Below, piece after piece: positions 45,648 to 55,477 of a stretch of DNA of 55,670 nt. Made by a program: the position numbers and the translations under genes. The DNA comes from a virus (taxonomy: Duplodnaviria; Caudoviricetes), in the IMG/VR virus record IMGVR_UViG_3300001782_000010, positions 1 to 55,670 of that record; one strand, written 5' to 3'. The notes under the pieces are model-generated. The model had not been told where the DNA came from and made no database searches. It saw nothing but the letters and a program-made list of their open reading frames with translations. Every line of letters begins with the position of its first letter. Positions within the stretch are counted from its first letter, which is position 1.

Positions 45648-47331
45648 AATGAGTCAACATCTTAAAATAGTAAGTTACATTATAGAAAAAAGAGATTCTA
45701 CTTATTTAGCTAGAGATAAATATGGAAAAATATTTTCTAAATCAGATATTTTCAAAACAGTAATTGATGATGTTATTTCTGAAATAAGTTATGTTGGAGG
45801 AGGAAAAATATTTATTACTAAATCTGTCATTGCTTCTTATTCTGGAAAAATATACATAACATCATCTAATATTGAAATGGAAGGAGAAAAAGGACACCAA
45901 TTAACTCATACTGGTACAAATTTTGCTTTTCATATTCAGGGAACTCTAGATAATTATATAGATAATATAAGATTGAAAGATATTAATTTAAAATGTAGCA
46001 ATGGTTCTGAAGAAGACGGATTTACTTTTGTATATGTAGAAAACAGTATAATTGAAAACTGTTCTTTGAGAGATTCTCATGAAGAAGGAATAATATTATA
46101 TGATTGTAGAAATGTTAAAATAATAAAAAATAATCTGGACAATTGTGGTCAAGACGTTACTAACCCATCTATAGAAATAAAAGATACAGCTACAGGAGCC
46201 GATGTAAGAAACAATTATATTGGATATAATAAAATTATTAATTCTCCAAAAATAGCTATAACTGTAAGAGGAACTAAAAATACTGTTATTGAAAATAATA
46301 TTATTACTAATTCATCAATTACAACTGCAGATAAGATAGGTTCAGCTGGAATAGTAATATGGGCTGGAGGAGAAACTTCAGAAACTGATGTTGATGATGT
46401 AATAATAAGAGAAAATATGATTGATACTCCTTATGCCTATGGAATCCTTATAAATTCTGGAGGAACAAACTCAAATAATCATATAAATATTTTAAATAAT
46501 ACAATTATAAATGGCAAATATTTTGGAATAGGAGTGTTTGGTGATTCTACAAGAGTAGGAATAGATCATAATACTATTAAAAATTGTATTTATGGAGCAA
46601 TTCAAGTTCAAAATAAACCTAGATATGGAAGAATACATGGTAACTTTTGTATTGATAGTCCAGTATCATTTACTACAACAAATATTATAACATTATATGA
46701 TAATGTTACTGATTGGATAATTGATGGAAATACATTAATATTTAAAAATAGTGGACAAGGTCAACATTTAATAAGTATTCAAAATCAATGTAATAGAAAC
46801 AATATTTTAAACAATTATTTGTATAGACCTGATCTTAATAATAGAGGTATTGTTATTTCTTCAAATTGTGATGATAATATGATCCAAAATAATAGAATAT
46901 TAAATAGTTGGTCATGTGTTCAAATATGGTCAGCAGATTGTCAGAATACCTTGATTCAAGGAAATTATTTTAATAGAGGATCTCTTTCAATAGGTGAATC
47001 TGGGAATATAAGTACTGTAATAAAAAATAATTATAGTTTTAATCCAATAGGTAAAATATCTAATCCTTTTGAAAATATATATAATACAATTTCATGGAGT
47101 AAAGGAAATCAATCTAGTCCTACAGCAGATACTACTTACATTATAAAACAAATTGATATGATAATAACGTCATATGGAGGTTCTAATGTGGATATAACTG
47201 TTTATGATTTAAATGATAATATAATAACTGAGAATGAATTAGAACTATCAGCTTTATATCTACCAGTAGGATATAAAATAAATTGGGGATCATTTACTTC
47301 AGATCCAACAGTCATAATAGGAGGTAATTAA
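45640..47331 (+). CDS. Right-handed beta-helix tailspike-like protein
   Basis: GGGKIFI followed by many IENN/IRENM/ILNNTI coils. Confidence 0.78.
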   Translation: MDKMSQHLKIVSYIIEKRDSTYLARDKYGKIFSKSDIFKTVIDDVISEISYVGGGKIFITKSVIASYSGKIYITSSNIEMEGEKGHQLTHTGTNFAFHIQGTLDNYIDNIRLKDINLKCSNGSEEDGFTFVYVENSIIENCSLRDSHEEGIILYDCRNVKIIKNNLDNCGQDVTNPSIEIKDTATGADVRNNYIGYNKIINSPKIAITVRGTKNTVIENNIITNSSITTADKIGSAGIVIWAGGETSETDVDDVIIRENMIDTPYAYGILINSGGTNSNNHINILNNTIINGKYFGIGVFGDSTRVGIDHNTIKNCIYGAIQVQNKPRYGRIHGNFCIDSPVSFTTTNIITLYDNVTDWIIDGNTLIFKNSGQGQHLISIQNQCNRNNILNNYLYRPDLNNRGIVISSNCDDNMIQNNRILNSWSCVQIWSADCQNTLIQGNYFNRGSLSIGESGNISTVIKNNYSFNPIGKISNPFENIYNTISWSKGNQSSPTADTTYIIKQIDMIITSYGGSNVDITVYDLNDNIITENELELSALYLPVGYKINWGSFTSDPTVIIGGN

Positions 47332-47389
47332 ATGATAAATAAACCTTTTAATAATAAAATATACTTAATATCTTTGGAGGAAAATTTAA

Positions 47390-48691
47390 ATGCCAAAATG
47401 GAGAAAATATGATGTAGATGTAGATATTGGAAATATAGATCTTAGAACTACTTTTGGAGCTAATGTAGAAGGTAATATTGTAATGTGGGTGCCTAAAGAA
47501 AAACGTCTAATTGTTGGTATTACAAATAACACAGATAATAAAGCAGAAATATGGATTTCAGATGATTTTGGTGTTAATTGGACTATAGTTTATCAAGATG
47601 CTCTTCCTGTTACTTCAGGTCAATATTGGAGAGATACATTTGTTGCTAGAAATGGAACTCTATTGATAGGAGGTTCTCATTATAATATATATTCAAAAGA
47701 TGATGGTAAAACATGGGCAAGACTTGGTGATTTAGGTGATTTTCCAATGATGAATTTTACAGAAGACAAAAACGGAAATTTATATGCATGTAGTCATGGT
47801 CCCGCTATTAATAAATCAACAAATGGTGGAGATAATTGGACAACAGCTTGGAGTATTGGAACATGGGATGAACATTTACATGGATGCTACTATGATAAAT
47901 GGAATGACAAGTTTTGGCTAACAATGGGCGATATAAATAAATATATTATGAAATATGATAACACTTTAACTTCAAGAGAAGGTTTGTTCCAGATCTCATA
48001 TAGAGGTGGTATAAATCAATATATAGCATGTATAGTTACAGATAATGCTTTATATTTTACAACAGATATGGCTACTCCAACATTAATAACAAGAGCTTAT
48101 ACTGATATGAGTGATTATAATCATTGGGTTATGCCTTCACAAGTTGGTCCTGTAGTAAGTAATATATATAGTGCTACAGCAATGGGAGATCTTTTCACAG
48201 TCTGGGGAACAGATTATCCTTATTTCTCATTTAGTTATGATGGTGGAGAAACTTGGTGTTACTTACAAATTGGTGATGATAAGACTGTAGAATGGGCTTT
48301 TGATGCTGGTAATTTTGTTCTTATAATTACAGAAACTTCACTTGTTTCTATTTCTAAAGAATCACTTAGAAATATGAAGCCAGCAAACCATCAAATTATA
48401 AATATAGATTATGTAACAGCAGGATCAACAACATATTCTATGAAAGTACCAATTAGAAAATGGAATTCAATAATGGTATATACTGAAACAGATGGTACCT
48501 GTGGTTTTGAACCATATATTTATTATTATGGTAATGAATATATAGTAGATTCAACAATTTCTCATAGTGGTACAGAAAGAAAACTTACAGACTTGACAGC
48601 AAAAGCAAAAGGTGCACAGTATATAAACTTTCGTTATTTTGCTTCATCATATAAAAGAATGGCTGTTGTAATATTAAGTGATCCTGTATAA
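47390..48691 (+). CDS. BNR/Asp-box beta-propeller (sialidase-like fold) protein
   Basis: SDDFGVNW, SKDDGKTW, STNGGDNW, SYDGGETW Asp-boxes. Confidence 0.8.
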   Translation: MPKWRKYDVDVDIGNIDLRTTFGANVEGNIVMWVPKEKRLIVGITNNTDNKAEIWISDDFGVNWTIVYQDALPVTSGQYWRDTFVARNGTLLIGGSHYNIYSKDDGKTWARLGDLGDFPMMNFTEDKNGNLYACSHGPAINKSTNGGDNWTTAWSIGTWDEHLHGCYYDKWNDKFWLTMGDINKYIMKYDNTLTSREGLFQISYRGGINQYIACIVTDNALYFTTDMATPTLITRAYTDMSDYNHWVMPSQVGPVVSNIYSATAMGDLFTVWGTDYPYFSFSYDGGETWCYLQIGDDKTVEWAFDAGNFVLIITETSLVSISKESLRNMKPANHQIINIDYVTAGSTTYSMKVPIRKWNSIMVYTETDGTCGFEPYIYYYGNEYIVDSTISHSGTERKLTDLTAKAKGAQYINFRYFASSYKRMAVVILSDPV

Positions 48692-48722
48692 TATTAAACT
48701 CTTTTAAATGAGAGTGTAATAA

Positions 48723-50582
48723 ATGGGTGATTTTAATCCTGTTGATTTTTATTCTGTTGATTTTTATGATGGATTAGATTATAAAGTAATACCTGTTAGA
48801 ATTGGAATATATGAACTTGGCGAATTCAAAAATATCTTAGTTAATATTAGAATAAATGAAATTGTAGCTGAATTTAAAAATCTATTAACAAGGATTAGAA
48901 TACAAGAACTCCCATTATACTTTAAAGATATTCTATCAAGAGTTAAAATAACATCAGTATTTCCTTCAACTGATGTTCCAGAATGGGATATTAAATTATA
49001 TAGAATAATAAATGGATCAGAAATACAATTATCATTCAATAATCAAGAAGTAATAGAAATAGAAACAGAACAAATAGCTAATAGAGAAATAGGAAATTTC
49101 AGAATTAGAATGACTAATGAACCTATTCTTCAAGATATTGAGTCAGCAGATGCTATTGAAATATTTATGAGACATACAGGAGAAGAATGGTCCAAAATAT
49201 TTACAGGACAGGTTATTAAAGCTCCAGAAGAATTAACAGACGAAGGAGATAGATTTATTAATGTTAATGGAAATGATTTTGGACTACTTCTTAAAAAATA
49301 TTCTTTTACAAGAACATATACAGACGCAACTTTTGCTGATATTATAAAAGATATAGTAGATCCAATTACTAAAAAGACAGGTACTCCATCTCCAACAGAA
49401 AAGAAAATAACAGTTAATAATGTTGAAGGATCAGATATTATAAGTTGGGAATTTGAAGATTACACTTATTGGGATGCTATTAAAGAGTTATGTGCTAAAT
49501 ATAATTATATTTTTTATGTTGATGAGAATAAAGACTTAAATGTTTTTAAAAGAGGAACTAAGTATGGAGATTATCTTAATGAACCTATGCTAGAAAAATA
49601 CAAATATTATACAACAGTGGAATATATTATAAATTATCAGGAAGTAATTGGTGCAAGAACAGATGTATTTAATCCAGAGAATAAAGATGACTGGTCAGAA
49701 ACTACAAATAATTATACAGGAAGTGCTTTAAATTATAATAATCAGCCTAAAACTGTTTATTTTGATGTTGGTACTCCAGCACAAGCAGGAATATATTATA
49801 TTAAAGCATATACTACAGATACAATCAACACAGCTTTAATAAGATATTCTTTTTCTCCATCAGCAGATTGTTCTAACACATATAAAACATTTAAAGTTAT
49901 GAGAAGACAGAACGATGAATTTAGATATAAAATACGTTTAGAAACAGATGCTTCAAACTATTATGAAACTACAGAATGGTACCATGATTCTGTATGGAAT
50001 GAGAAAGTTGTAACTACAAATACTGCTACTGGATGGAATATTACTGGAAGTCCTTCATGGAATAATATAAACAGTATTTCATTTAATTTGAAATATCCAG
50101 AAGCATTGTTTGGTCAAGGAATATTTGGATTAAGTATTTTCAGTTCATTTGATAATATATTAAATGAACATTTTGATAAAATGTATTTTGAAGGAGATAG
50201 AGTAAGAGCTATAGCTTATGACATAACTTCTCAAAATAAATATGGTTATTCAGAAGGAGAAAAAATAATAGATGAATCTTTAACTTTAAATTCTCAGGCA
50301 CAAGCAGTAGCTGAATATATGGTTAATTCTTATAAAAATCCACTACCAGTTGTTGAAAATGCAGAGACAGACTTTAATAAATTGGATGTAAAACCAGGAA
50401 GACTTATACAAATTAGTATTCCTGAAATTTCAGATTCATTTATTATTTCAAGTATTAGACATTCATTATTAGAAGATAAGAATATTGATCTGTATATGTT
50501 GTCATATTATCTTCCTTCAATAGAAACTGAATTGAAAGATTTAAAAACTAGAATTGCTTCTTTAGAACATAGAGTTGATTAA
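48723..50582 (+). CDS. Baseplate hub / Tal-like protein
   Basis: KIFTGQV, YWDAIKELC..YNYIFYVDE, SQNKYG and VKPGRLIQI hub motifs; C-terminal coiled coil. Confidence 0.75.
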   Translation: MGDFNPVDFYSVDFYDGLDYKVIPVRIGIYELGEFKNILVNIRINEIVAEFKNLLTRIRIQELPLYFKDILSRVKITSVFPSTDVPEWDIKLYRIINGSEIQLSFNNQEVIEIETEQIANREIGNFRIRMTNEPILQDIESADAIEIFMRHTGEEWSKIFTGQVIKAPEELTDEGDRFINVNGNDFGLLLKKYSFTRTYTDATFADIIKDIVDPITKKTGTPSPTEKKITVNNVEGSDIISWEFEDYTYWDAIKELCAKYNYIFYVDENKDLNVFKRGTKYGDYLNEPMLEKYKYYTTVEYIINYQEVIGARTDVFNPENKDDWSETTNNYTGSALNYNNQPKTVYFDVGTPAQAGIYYIKAYTTDTINTALIRYSFSPSADCSNTYKTFKVMRRQNDEFRYKIRLETDASNYYETTEWYHDSVWNEKVVTTNTATGWNITGSPSWNNINSISFNLKYPEALFGQGIFGLSIFSSFDNILNEHFDKMYFEGDRVRAIAYDITSQNKYGYSEGEKIIDESLTLNSQAQAVAEYMVNSYKNPLPVVENAETDFNKLDVKPGRLIQISIPEISDSFIISSIRHSLLEDKNIDLYMLSYYLPSIETELKDLKTRIASLEHRVD

Positions 50583-50584
50583 AT

Positions 50585-51514
50585 ATGGTAGGTATTAAAC
50601 ATAGTGAAACAGTTACAGATAATGTAGATACTGTTACTGCAGAGAAATGGAACGCTGATCATATTATAACAGGAAATATTGTACCACAAAATCCAGGATA
50701 TTCCATAGGAAGTTCAACAAATCCATTTGTAGGTATTTATTTTGGAACATCTGATAGTCCTAAATTTAGAACATATAGATATTCTTCTTTAATCTTTGAA
50801 ATTCTTAAAAATATAACTAGTGGCATTGTAAGACTTGAAGTTAGAGAAGCAGGTCCAGACGAGCTTGTATTCAGATCACATATAGGAACAGATATTTTTA
50901 AAATAACTGAAACTGGAGATATTATCCTCACTGGAAATGTAGATGGAGTAGATATTGCAAATCATGTTCATTCTGGAGGAAGTCTTGGATTAACAATTGA
51001 TCATGGTACCACAACAGGAAAAAGTGATGATGATCATCCAGAATATTTAAGATTAAATAAATCTGGACAGACTCTTCAACAAAATTTAAGTGTTGCAGCA
51101 GGAATAACAATTGATGGTAAAGATATATCATCAATAGGTGAAGGATGGCATGCATCATCCACAAGAATAAAAATATCACCTCAAGATTTTAGAAGGGGTG
51201 GAGCAGCAGATTATTACTGTTCAGGATCTACAGGTTCACTACAAGGGTCAGGATCATTATGGGCAACATCTTATATACCAACAGGTTTCAAGGCAACTGC
51301 TGTTAGGATATATGGTTCTGCAGGAGTAGATATTGATATATATGAATGTAGAATAGATGATAATACTCTTGATAGCAGAGGAAGCGGTACAACATTTGCA
51401 GAAATTGATATAACTGATGTAACTTCATCATCTGTAAATTATCTAGCAATTAGAGCTACTAAGACTGCAGCATTTAGTGTATACGGTGGATATGTAACTA
51501 TAGTTAAAGTTTAA
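50585..51514 (+). CDS. Tail fibre-like protein
   Basis: VDGVDIA/IDGKDIS repeats, DHG...DDDHPEYL motif, G/S-rich C-terminal beta domain. Confidence 0.65.
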   Translation: MVGIKHSETVTDNVDTVTAEKWNADHIITGNIVPQNPGYSIGSSTNPFVGIYFGTSDSPKFRTYRYSSLIFEILKNITSGIVRLEVREAGPDELVFRSHIGTDIFKITETGDIILTGNVDGVDIANHVHSGGSLGLTIDHGTTTGKSDDDHPEYLRLNKSGQTLQQNLSVAAGITIDGKDISSIGEGWHASSTRIKISPQDFRRGGAADYYCSGSTGSLQGSGSLWATSYIPTGFKATAVRIYGSAGVDIDIYECRIDDNTLDSRGSGTTFAEIDITDVTSSSVNYLAIRATKTAAFSVYGGYVTIVKV

Positions 51515-52805
51515 GAAATTTACTTTTTCTTTTTCTTTTAGATCCAACTCTAATATACCATGTACTAGGAGGTAAACTAGATTCCTGTACTCCTAACATT
51601 ATACTATCTACCCAATCATCTTTCTCATGTGTGTCAATAGTATACACTGATAATTGCATAAATGCTGTTTTATATTTTTCAGGTATTTTGATGTCTTTAT
51701 GTTCTATTAAAGATTGAAGACCAAATTGCATTCTAGGTTTATTTCCTTTAAATGTTATTCCTTTTATTTTACATAATCTTAGGTCCTGTAAATCTCTTAT
51801 TAACCAAGGAATAGCAGCATCAGCATTTACTATCATCACATTATAATCTCTTATTAAATGTCCTATTCTATTAATTATAAAATCTCTAGGTTTTTCTGTC
51901 CATTCTTCAGCATATACTAGATACCAGGTACTTCCTTCTTTCTGAAATATTGTGATAATAGTAGGATTTTTTGATCCAAAGTCTACTCCCATATAACTAG
52001 GAGAATTAGTATCGAAAGAACATGTTTTAACTTTAACTTCATCTCTAAGTCTTACAGGATTAAATAATGCTCCTTTAGGATTAAAAGAAGGTTCACCTTT
52101 CCATTTAGCATCAAACTTATCTTTAGATAATGTAGCTTCTGCTTCTTTAATTTCTGATAAAGAGATCCAATTACAATCAAATGAAGACCATGATTTTCTT
52201 TCCCAGTGTTCATATTTTTTTAGATCATTCCACATTTCTATAAATCTAGAAAAATAATATTCAGTTTCTGGAGTAGATGTAAATATGATAATTCCTGGTT
52301 CTCCAACTATTCTAGAATAAGAATCATCCATAATATTGTCTGGTATTAGAACAGCTTCATCTCCAAAATAAACATTAGGATGTTCTCCTAGAATCTGTTT
52401 TTCACTAGAAGTAAAAGATTTTATCCATGATCCATCTTTAAAGTTTAATTCAGTAACTTTTGGATCTCCTTTAATTAATTCTTCAATATATGGATGTTCT
52501 ATGAATTCTTTAACAAAAGATTGTAATTTCTTGGCTTGTGTCCAACTACCACTTACTAGAAGAACTCTTACTCTTCTTCTTTTCTTTTTAGCATATACTG
52601 TACAGAACCATAAGGCTATAATAGCTAACAATAAAGTCTTTCCAGTTTTATTAGCAGAACATATTAGAATTCTTTTTGTAAGTTTTTTTACTAAGTCTAA
52701 TAATTCTTGCTGTTTAATATTTGGAGAGAAAGGAGTAATATCTTTCATAAATTCTCCAATATCATTAATCCATACTTCTCTTTTTAACATAAAATATAAT
52801 GACAT
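51504..52805 (-). CDS. terL: Terminase large subunit
   Basis: Walker A ANKTGKT, Walker B YFGDEA, FTSTP coupling motif, nuclease GVDFG and KDDWVDS. Confidence 0.92.
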   Translation of the reverse strand: MSLYFMLKREVWINDIGEFMKDITPFSPNIKQQELLDLVKKLTKRILICSANKTGKTLLLAIIALWFCTVYAKKKRRRVRVLLVSGSWTQAKKLQSFVKEFIEHPYIEELIKGDPKVTELNFKDGSWIKSFTSSEKQILGEHPNVYFGDEAVLIPDNIMDDSYSRIVGEPGIIIFTSTPETEYYFSRFIEMWNDLKKYEHWERKSWSSFDCNWISLSEIKEAEATLSKDKFDAKWKGEPSFNPKGALFNPVRLRDEVKVKTCSFDTNSPSYMGVDFGSKNPTIITIFQKEGSTWYLVYAEEWTEKPRDFIINRIGHLIRDYNVMIVNADAAIPWLIRDLQDLRLCKIKGITFKGNKPRMQFGLQSLIEHKDIKIPEKYKTAFMQLSVYTIDTHEKDDWVDSIMLGVQESSLPPSTWYIRVGSKRKRKSKFLKL

Positions 52806-53342
52806 TTAATAACCCTTATTTTTAAGTTTTTCAGCTATTTTATTAATATATTCTACTGGTATATCTTCACAAGCTTCTATAAAATCTTTGAATATATCTT
52901 CTTTATCTATTTCAGGTTCAGGATAATATTCTTTTTTAATCTTTTCATATTCTCCCATACATTTAACAATATCAGTTACTAAACCTCTTAACTCTCTGAT
53001 CATAGATGGTTTAAAGAAATTCTGTTTATTTTCAAGAACAGTTCCAAGAGTAGTTTCTAGAACTTCTAAATGTGTTCTAATTCTTTCAAGTATACTTACA
53101 TCTTCATTTAATCTTTTCTGAAAATATTCTTTAGTGTACTTATCAGCTTCTTTCATAAATTTCTGATATGGATATACATGTTTTCTAAAATGATCTCCAA
53201 GAGCAGTATCTGATATTGGATCTTTATCTTTTAACCATTCTTCTACTCTTTCCACAGACCATCCTTTTTCTAATACTAATTCATGTATTTCTTTCTTATA
53301 TTTAGATGTACATGTTTTACATCTGGTACTGAAATATGACAT
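52806..53342 (-). CDS. Putative terminase small subunit
   Basis: Abuts terL; N-terminal CKTC + HTH-like + HxxxH motif, helical C-terminus; GAGGGAGG SD. Confidence 0.65.
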   Translation of the reverse strand: MSYFSTRCKTCTSKYKKEIHELVLEKGWSVERVEEWLKDKDPISDTALGDHFRKHVYPYQKFMKEADKYTKEYFQKRLNEDVSILERIRTHLEVLETTLGTVLENKQNFFKPSMIRELRGLVTDIVKCMGEYEKIKKEYYPEPEIDKEDIFKDFIEACEDIPVEYINKIAEKLKNKGY

Positions 53343-53545
53343 GGTCCTCCCTCACATAGTTACTTAAACTTTTATATATATAAACATTAGCTTCATTAGG
53401 CATTAACTGTTAAATGAGTCTTTAATTACAAATATACATAACTATTTCAAACTCCTTCCAAACCCAATACTACATATATACTAATGTCGTCTATGGATAA
53501 AGATTTAAAAGTAAAATTTGATGGATGTTATGAATGTGATGAATA
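53343..53545. promoter_or_regulatory. Divergent promoter region between the terminase operon and right-end genes
   Basis: Palindromic TTTATATATATAAA at 53371-53384; GATAAAGATTTAAAA (BRE/TATA-like) near 53497-53511. Confidence 0.5.
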
Positions 53546-54316
53546 ATGCAAACAACCAAAAAAAGTAAGAAGGATTTCGTTAAAGAGTTATGTGAGGATA
53601 AAGGATACTCTTATAGAGATTTAGTAAGAGAAGGATTATTCAATAATGTTACTAAGGCTTTTAGGTATTGTAAGACATACTCTATAAAGACGATTTACTC
53701 AAATGAAAAGAATGAAGATAAAAAACAATTAAATACTTTATCTTTAAACGATTTAAAAAACTTAGATGGAGTAATTGATTTAAGTTGTGTATCTATAGTA
53801 AGACAAAAAGGAAAACATAAGAGAGATATAGGAGATACTTTAATCGGATATATTGATATAAGAAGTAAAAGAGTCTTTATAAATTACATTAAAGACTTAA
53901 AACAAAATAAAGTAACCGAAAACATGGTTATTACATTCTTAGAATACTTAAAGATAAAATTCAATTTAAAAATTCAAACTATAGGTTGCGATAGTGAATT
54001 TCCTAATTTACCTTACAAAATTGGTAAAGTTGCAAATTGGAATTGCTCAAAAAGTTATATAGAAAAATGTTTTGGAATTAAAAACAAAATTCTACAATAC
54101 TTAAATATAGTAAAAGAAATTATGGGATTAACAAATAAAGAATTACTCACAACACATAAAGAAATAGTAAGAAGGATATACTTAGAAATTTTAAAAAGAC
54201 ATAAAGAAACTTTTACTTTAGTTTTAGAGGTAAATAACACAATTCCTTCAAAAGAGAAAAAAGAGATTATGGTTACTCATAGAGTAACAAATAAAAAAGG
54301 AGGTTTGATAAAATGA
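53546..54316 (+). CDS. Protein with a possible DDE integrase/transposase (rve-like) core
   Basis: VIDLS...GYIDIRSKRVF...TIGCDSEF...SYIEKCFG resembles D, D-x-x-S-R, D-N-G-x-E-F and I-E-R-x-F-G of rve/IS481 cores. Confidence 0.45.
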   Translation: MQTTKKSKKDFVKELCEDKGYSYRDLVREGLFNNVTKAFRYCKTYSIKTIYSNEKNEDKKQLNTLSLNDLKNLDGVIDLSCVSIVRQKGKHKRDIGDTLIGYIDIRSKRVFINYIKDLKQNKVTENMVITFLEYLKIKFNLKIQTIGCDSEFPNLPYKIGKVANWNCSKSYIEKCFGIKNKILQYLNIVKEIMGLTNKELLTTHKEIVRRIYLEILKRHKETFTLVLEVNNTIPSKEKKEIMVTHRVTNKKGGLIK

Positions 54317-54513
54317 CAAAAATAGAAGAATTCTCTAATATTGAATTAATAGAGAATTACAACAAAATTAAAATGATAAAAGGTATGATTGAAATAGAAA
54401 TTAAAAGGAGAGTAAGAGAAGGAGAAATGAAAAATATCTTTAAGACTTCTTACCCTTTACTCTTACCATTTGATAGAAAAAAGAATTTTCATGACTTAAG
54501 AATAATGATTTAA
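54313..54513 (+). CDS. Hypothetical small protein
   Basis: GGAGGT SD, ATGA overlap. Confidence 0.55.
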   Translation: MTKIEEFSNIELIENYNKIKMIKGMIEIEIKRRVREGEMKNIFKTSYPLLLPFDRKKNFHDLRIMI

Positions 54514-54527
54514 AAGAGGTAAGAGAA

Positions 54528-54773
54528 TTGGAGAGAAATACAATTAAACAAAACTACGAAATAGCTAATATTCTCTTAGAAAATATGTGTATGATAAAAT
54601 GTAAAAAGACAATAACTAAAGAATGTCTTAAAAAGAAATGTGAAATGAAGACATTAATTGATAATTTGGATTACCATTACTCAATGGATTGGTATAAAAT
54701 GATTTCACATGACGTTAAAAGAGTTATGAAATTATTCTTAAAGACGATTAAGATAACAATAACAATTAAGTGA
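54528..54773 (+). CDS. Hypothetical Cys-containing small protein
   Basis: GAGGT SD; four Cys. Confidence 0.5.
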   Translation: MERNTIKQNYEIANILLENMCMIKCKKTITKECLKKKCEMKTLIDNLDYHYSMDWYKMISHDVKRVMKLFLKTIKITITIK

Positions 54774-55030
54774 AACACTCTTAATAAGATTGTTTCATGG
54801 TTAAAGGAATGTTGAAATAAGGAATAAGAAAAGGAATTAAAGACGTATTATTCAACCCTTAAACAACACAACAAAAACAAATAGGAAGGAGAGATAATAT
54901 TACATCTATTGTTAATATAGGTTGAATACCTAAGTTTTTTATGGTGTAATTGTTTAGTTATAACTATTCACACAACACAAACCTTATAAAGAAACCTTAA
55001 CACTTATGTTAATTACGGAAAAATAGAGGA

Positions 55031-55372
55031 ATGAATTTGTCAAAAGAAACCAAAGACACACCAACCGAAGACAAAGACAAAGACAAAGAAACTTTAATGA
55101 TGGAGATAGATTTAACTCCTCCCGAAGAAACCGTTGTAAGTGAATATCCCGCAACAAAAGGGCATTACTTTCGCCCTTTTTTGACTAAAGACGGAAAGCT
55201 AAAGAATGAAGGAAATTTAAAATCTATTGAAAAAATAGAAAGACGGGGTTATTTCCTTCTACCAAAAGTAAAAAAGATTATGGGGAGAGATAACTTCACA
55301 AAAGCTATGGTTGGTTTCTTAGAATCTCTTAACCAACACTACGAAAAAGAGATTAAAAAAGCTAAATCCTAA
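55031..55372 (+). CDS. Hypothetical protein
   Basis: 113-aa ORF followed by a terminator-like hairpin. Confidence 0.55.
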   Translation: MNLSKETKDTPTEDKDKDKETLMMEIDLTPPEETVVSEYPATKGHYFRPFLTKDGKLKNEGNLKSIEKIERRGYFLLPKVKKIMGRDNFTKAMVGFLESLNQHYEKEIKKAKS

Positions 55373-55376
55373 AGGT

Positions 55377-55421
55377 AAAGAGTCTTTAAAAATTTAGACT
55401 CTTTTCACTCCCTCTTTTTTT
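55377..55421 (+). terminator. Hairpin plus pyrimidine/T tract
   Basis: AAAGAGTCT-10nt-AGACTCTTT followed by TCACTCCCTCTTTTTTT. Confidence 0.6.
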
Positions 55422-55477
55422 CTCAAAATAAATTTGAGGAAAAGAAAATAATGATACCAAAGAAAACTCCCTATTTC

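Noticed and set aside
51504-51545. NLS-like basic C-terminus of TerL (KRKRKSK)
   Set aside because: Lys/Arg tails are common in this AT-rich genome and the segment overlaps a convergent gene end; no evidence for a eukaryotic host.
52501-52809. + strand 102-aa ORF
   Set aside because: Antisense to the ATPase domain of terL.
54811-54844. GTTGAAATAAGG...GAATTAAAGAC, faintly like an archaeal CRISPR repeat
   Set aside because: Single copy with no repeat-spacer structure; better explained as part of a hairpin.
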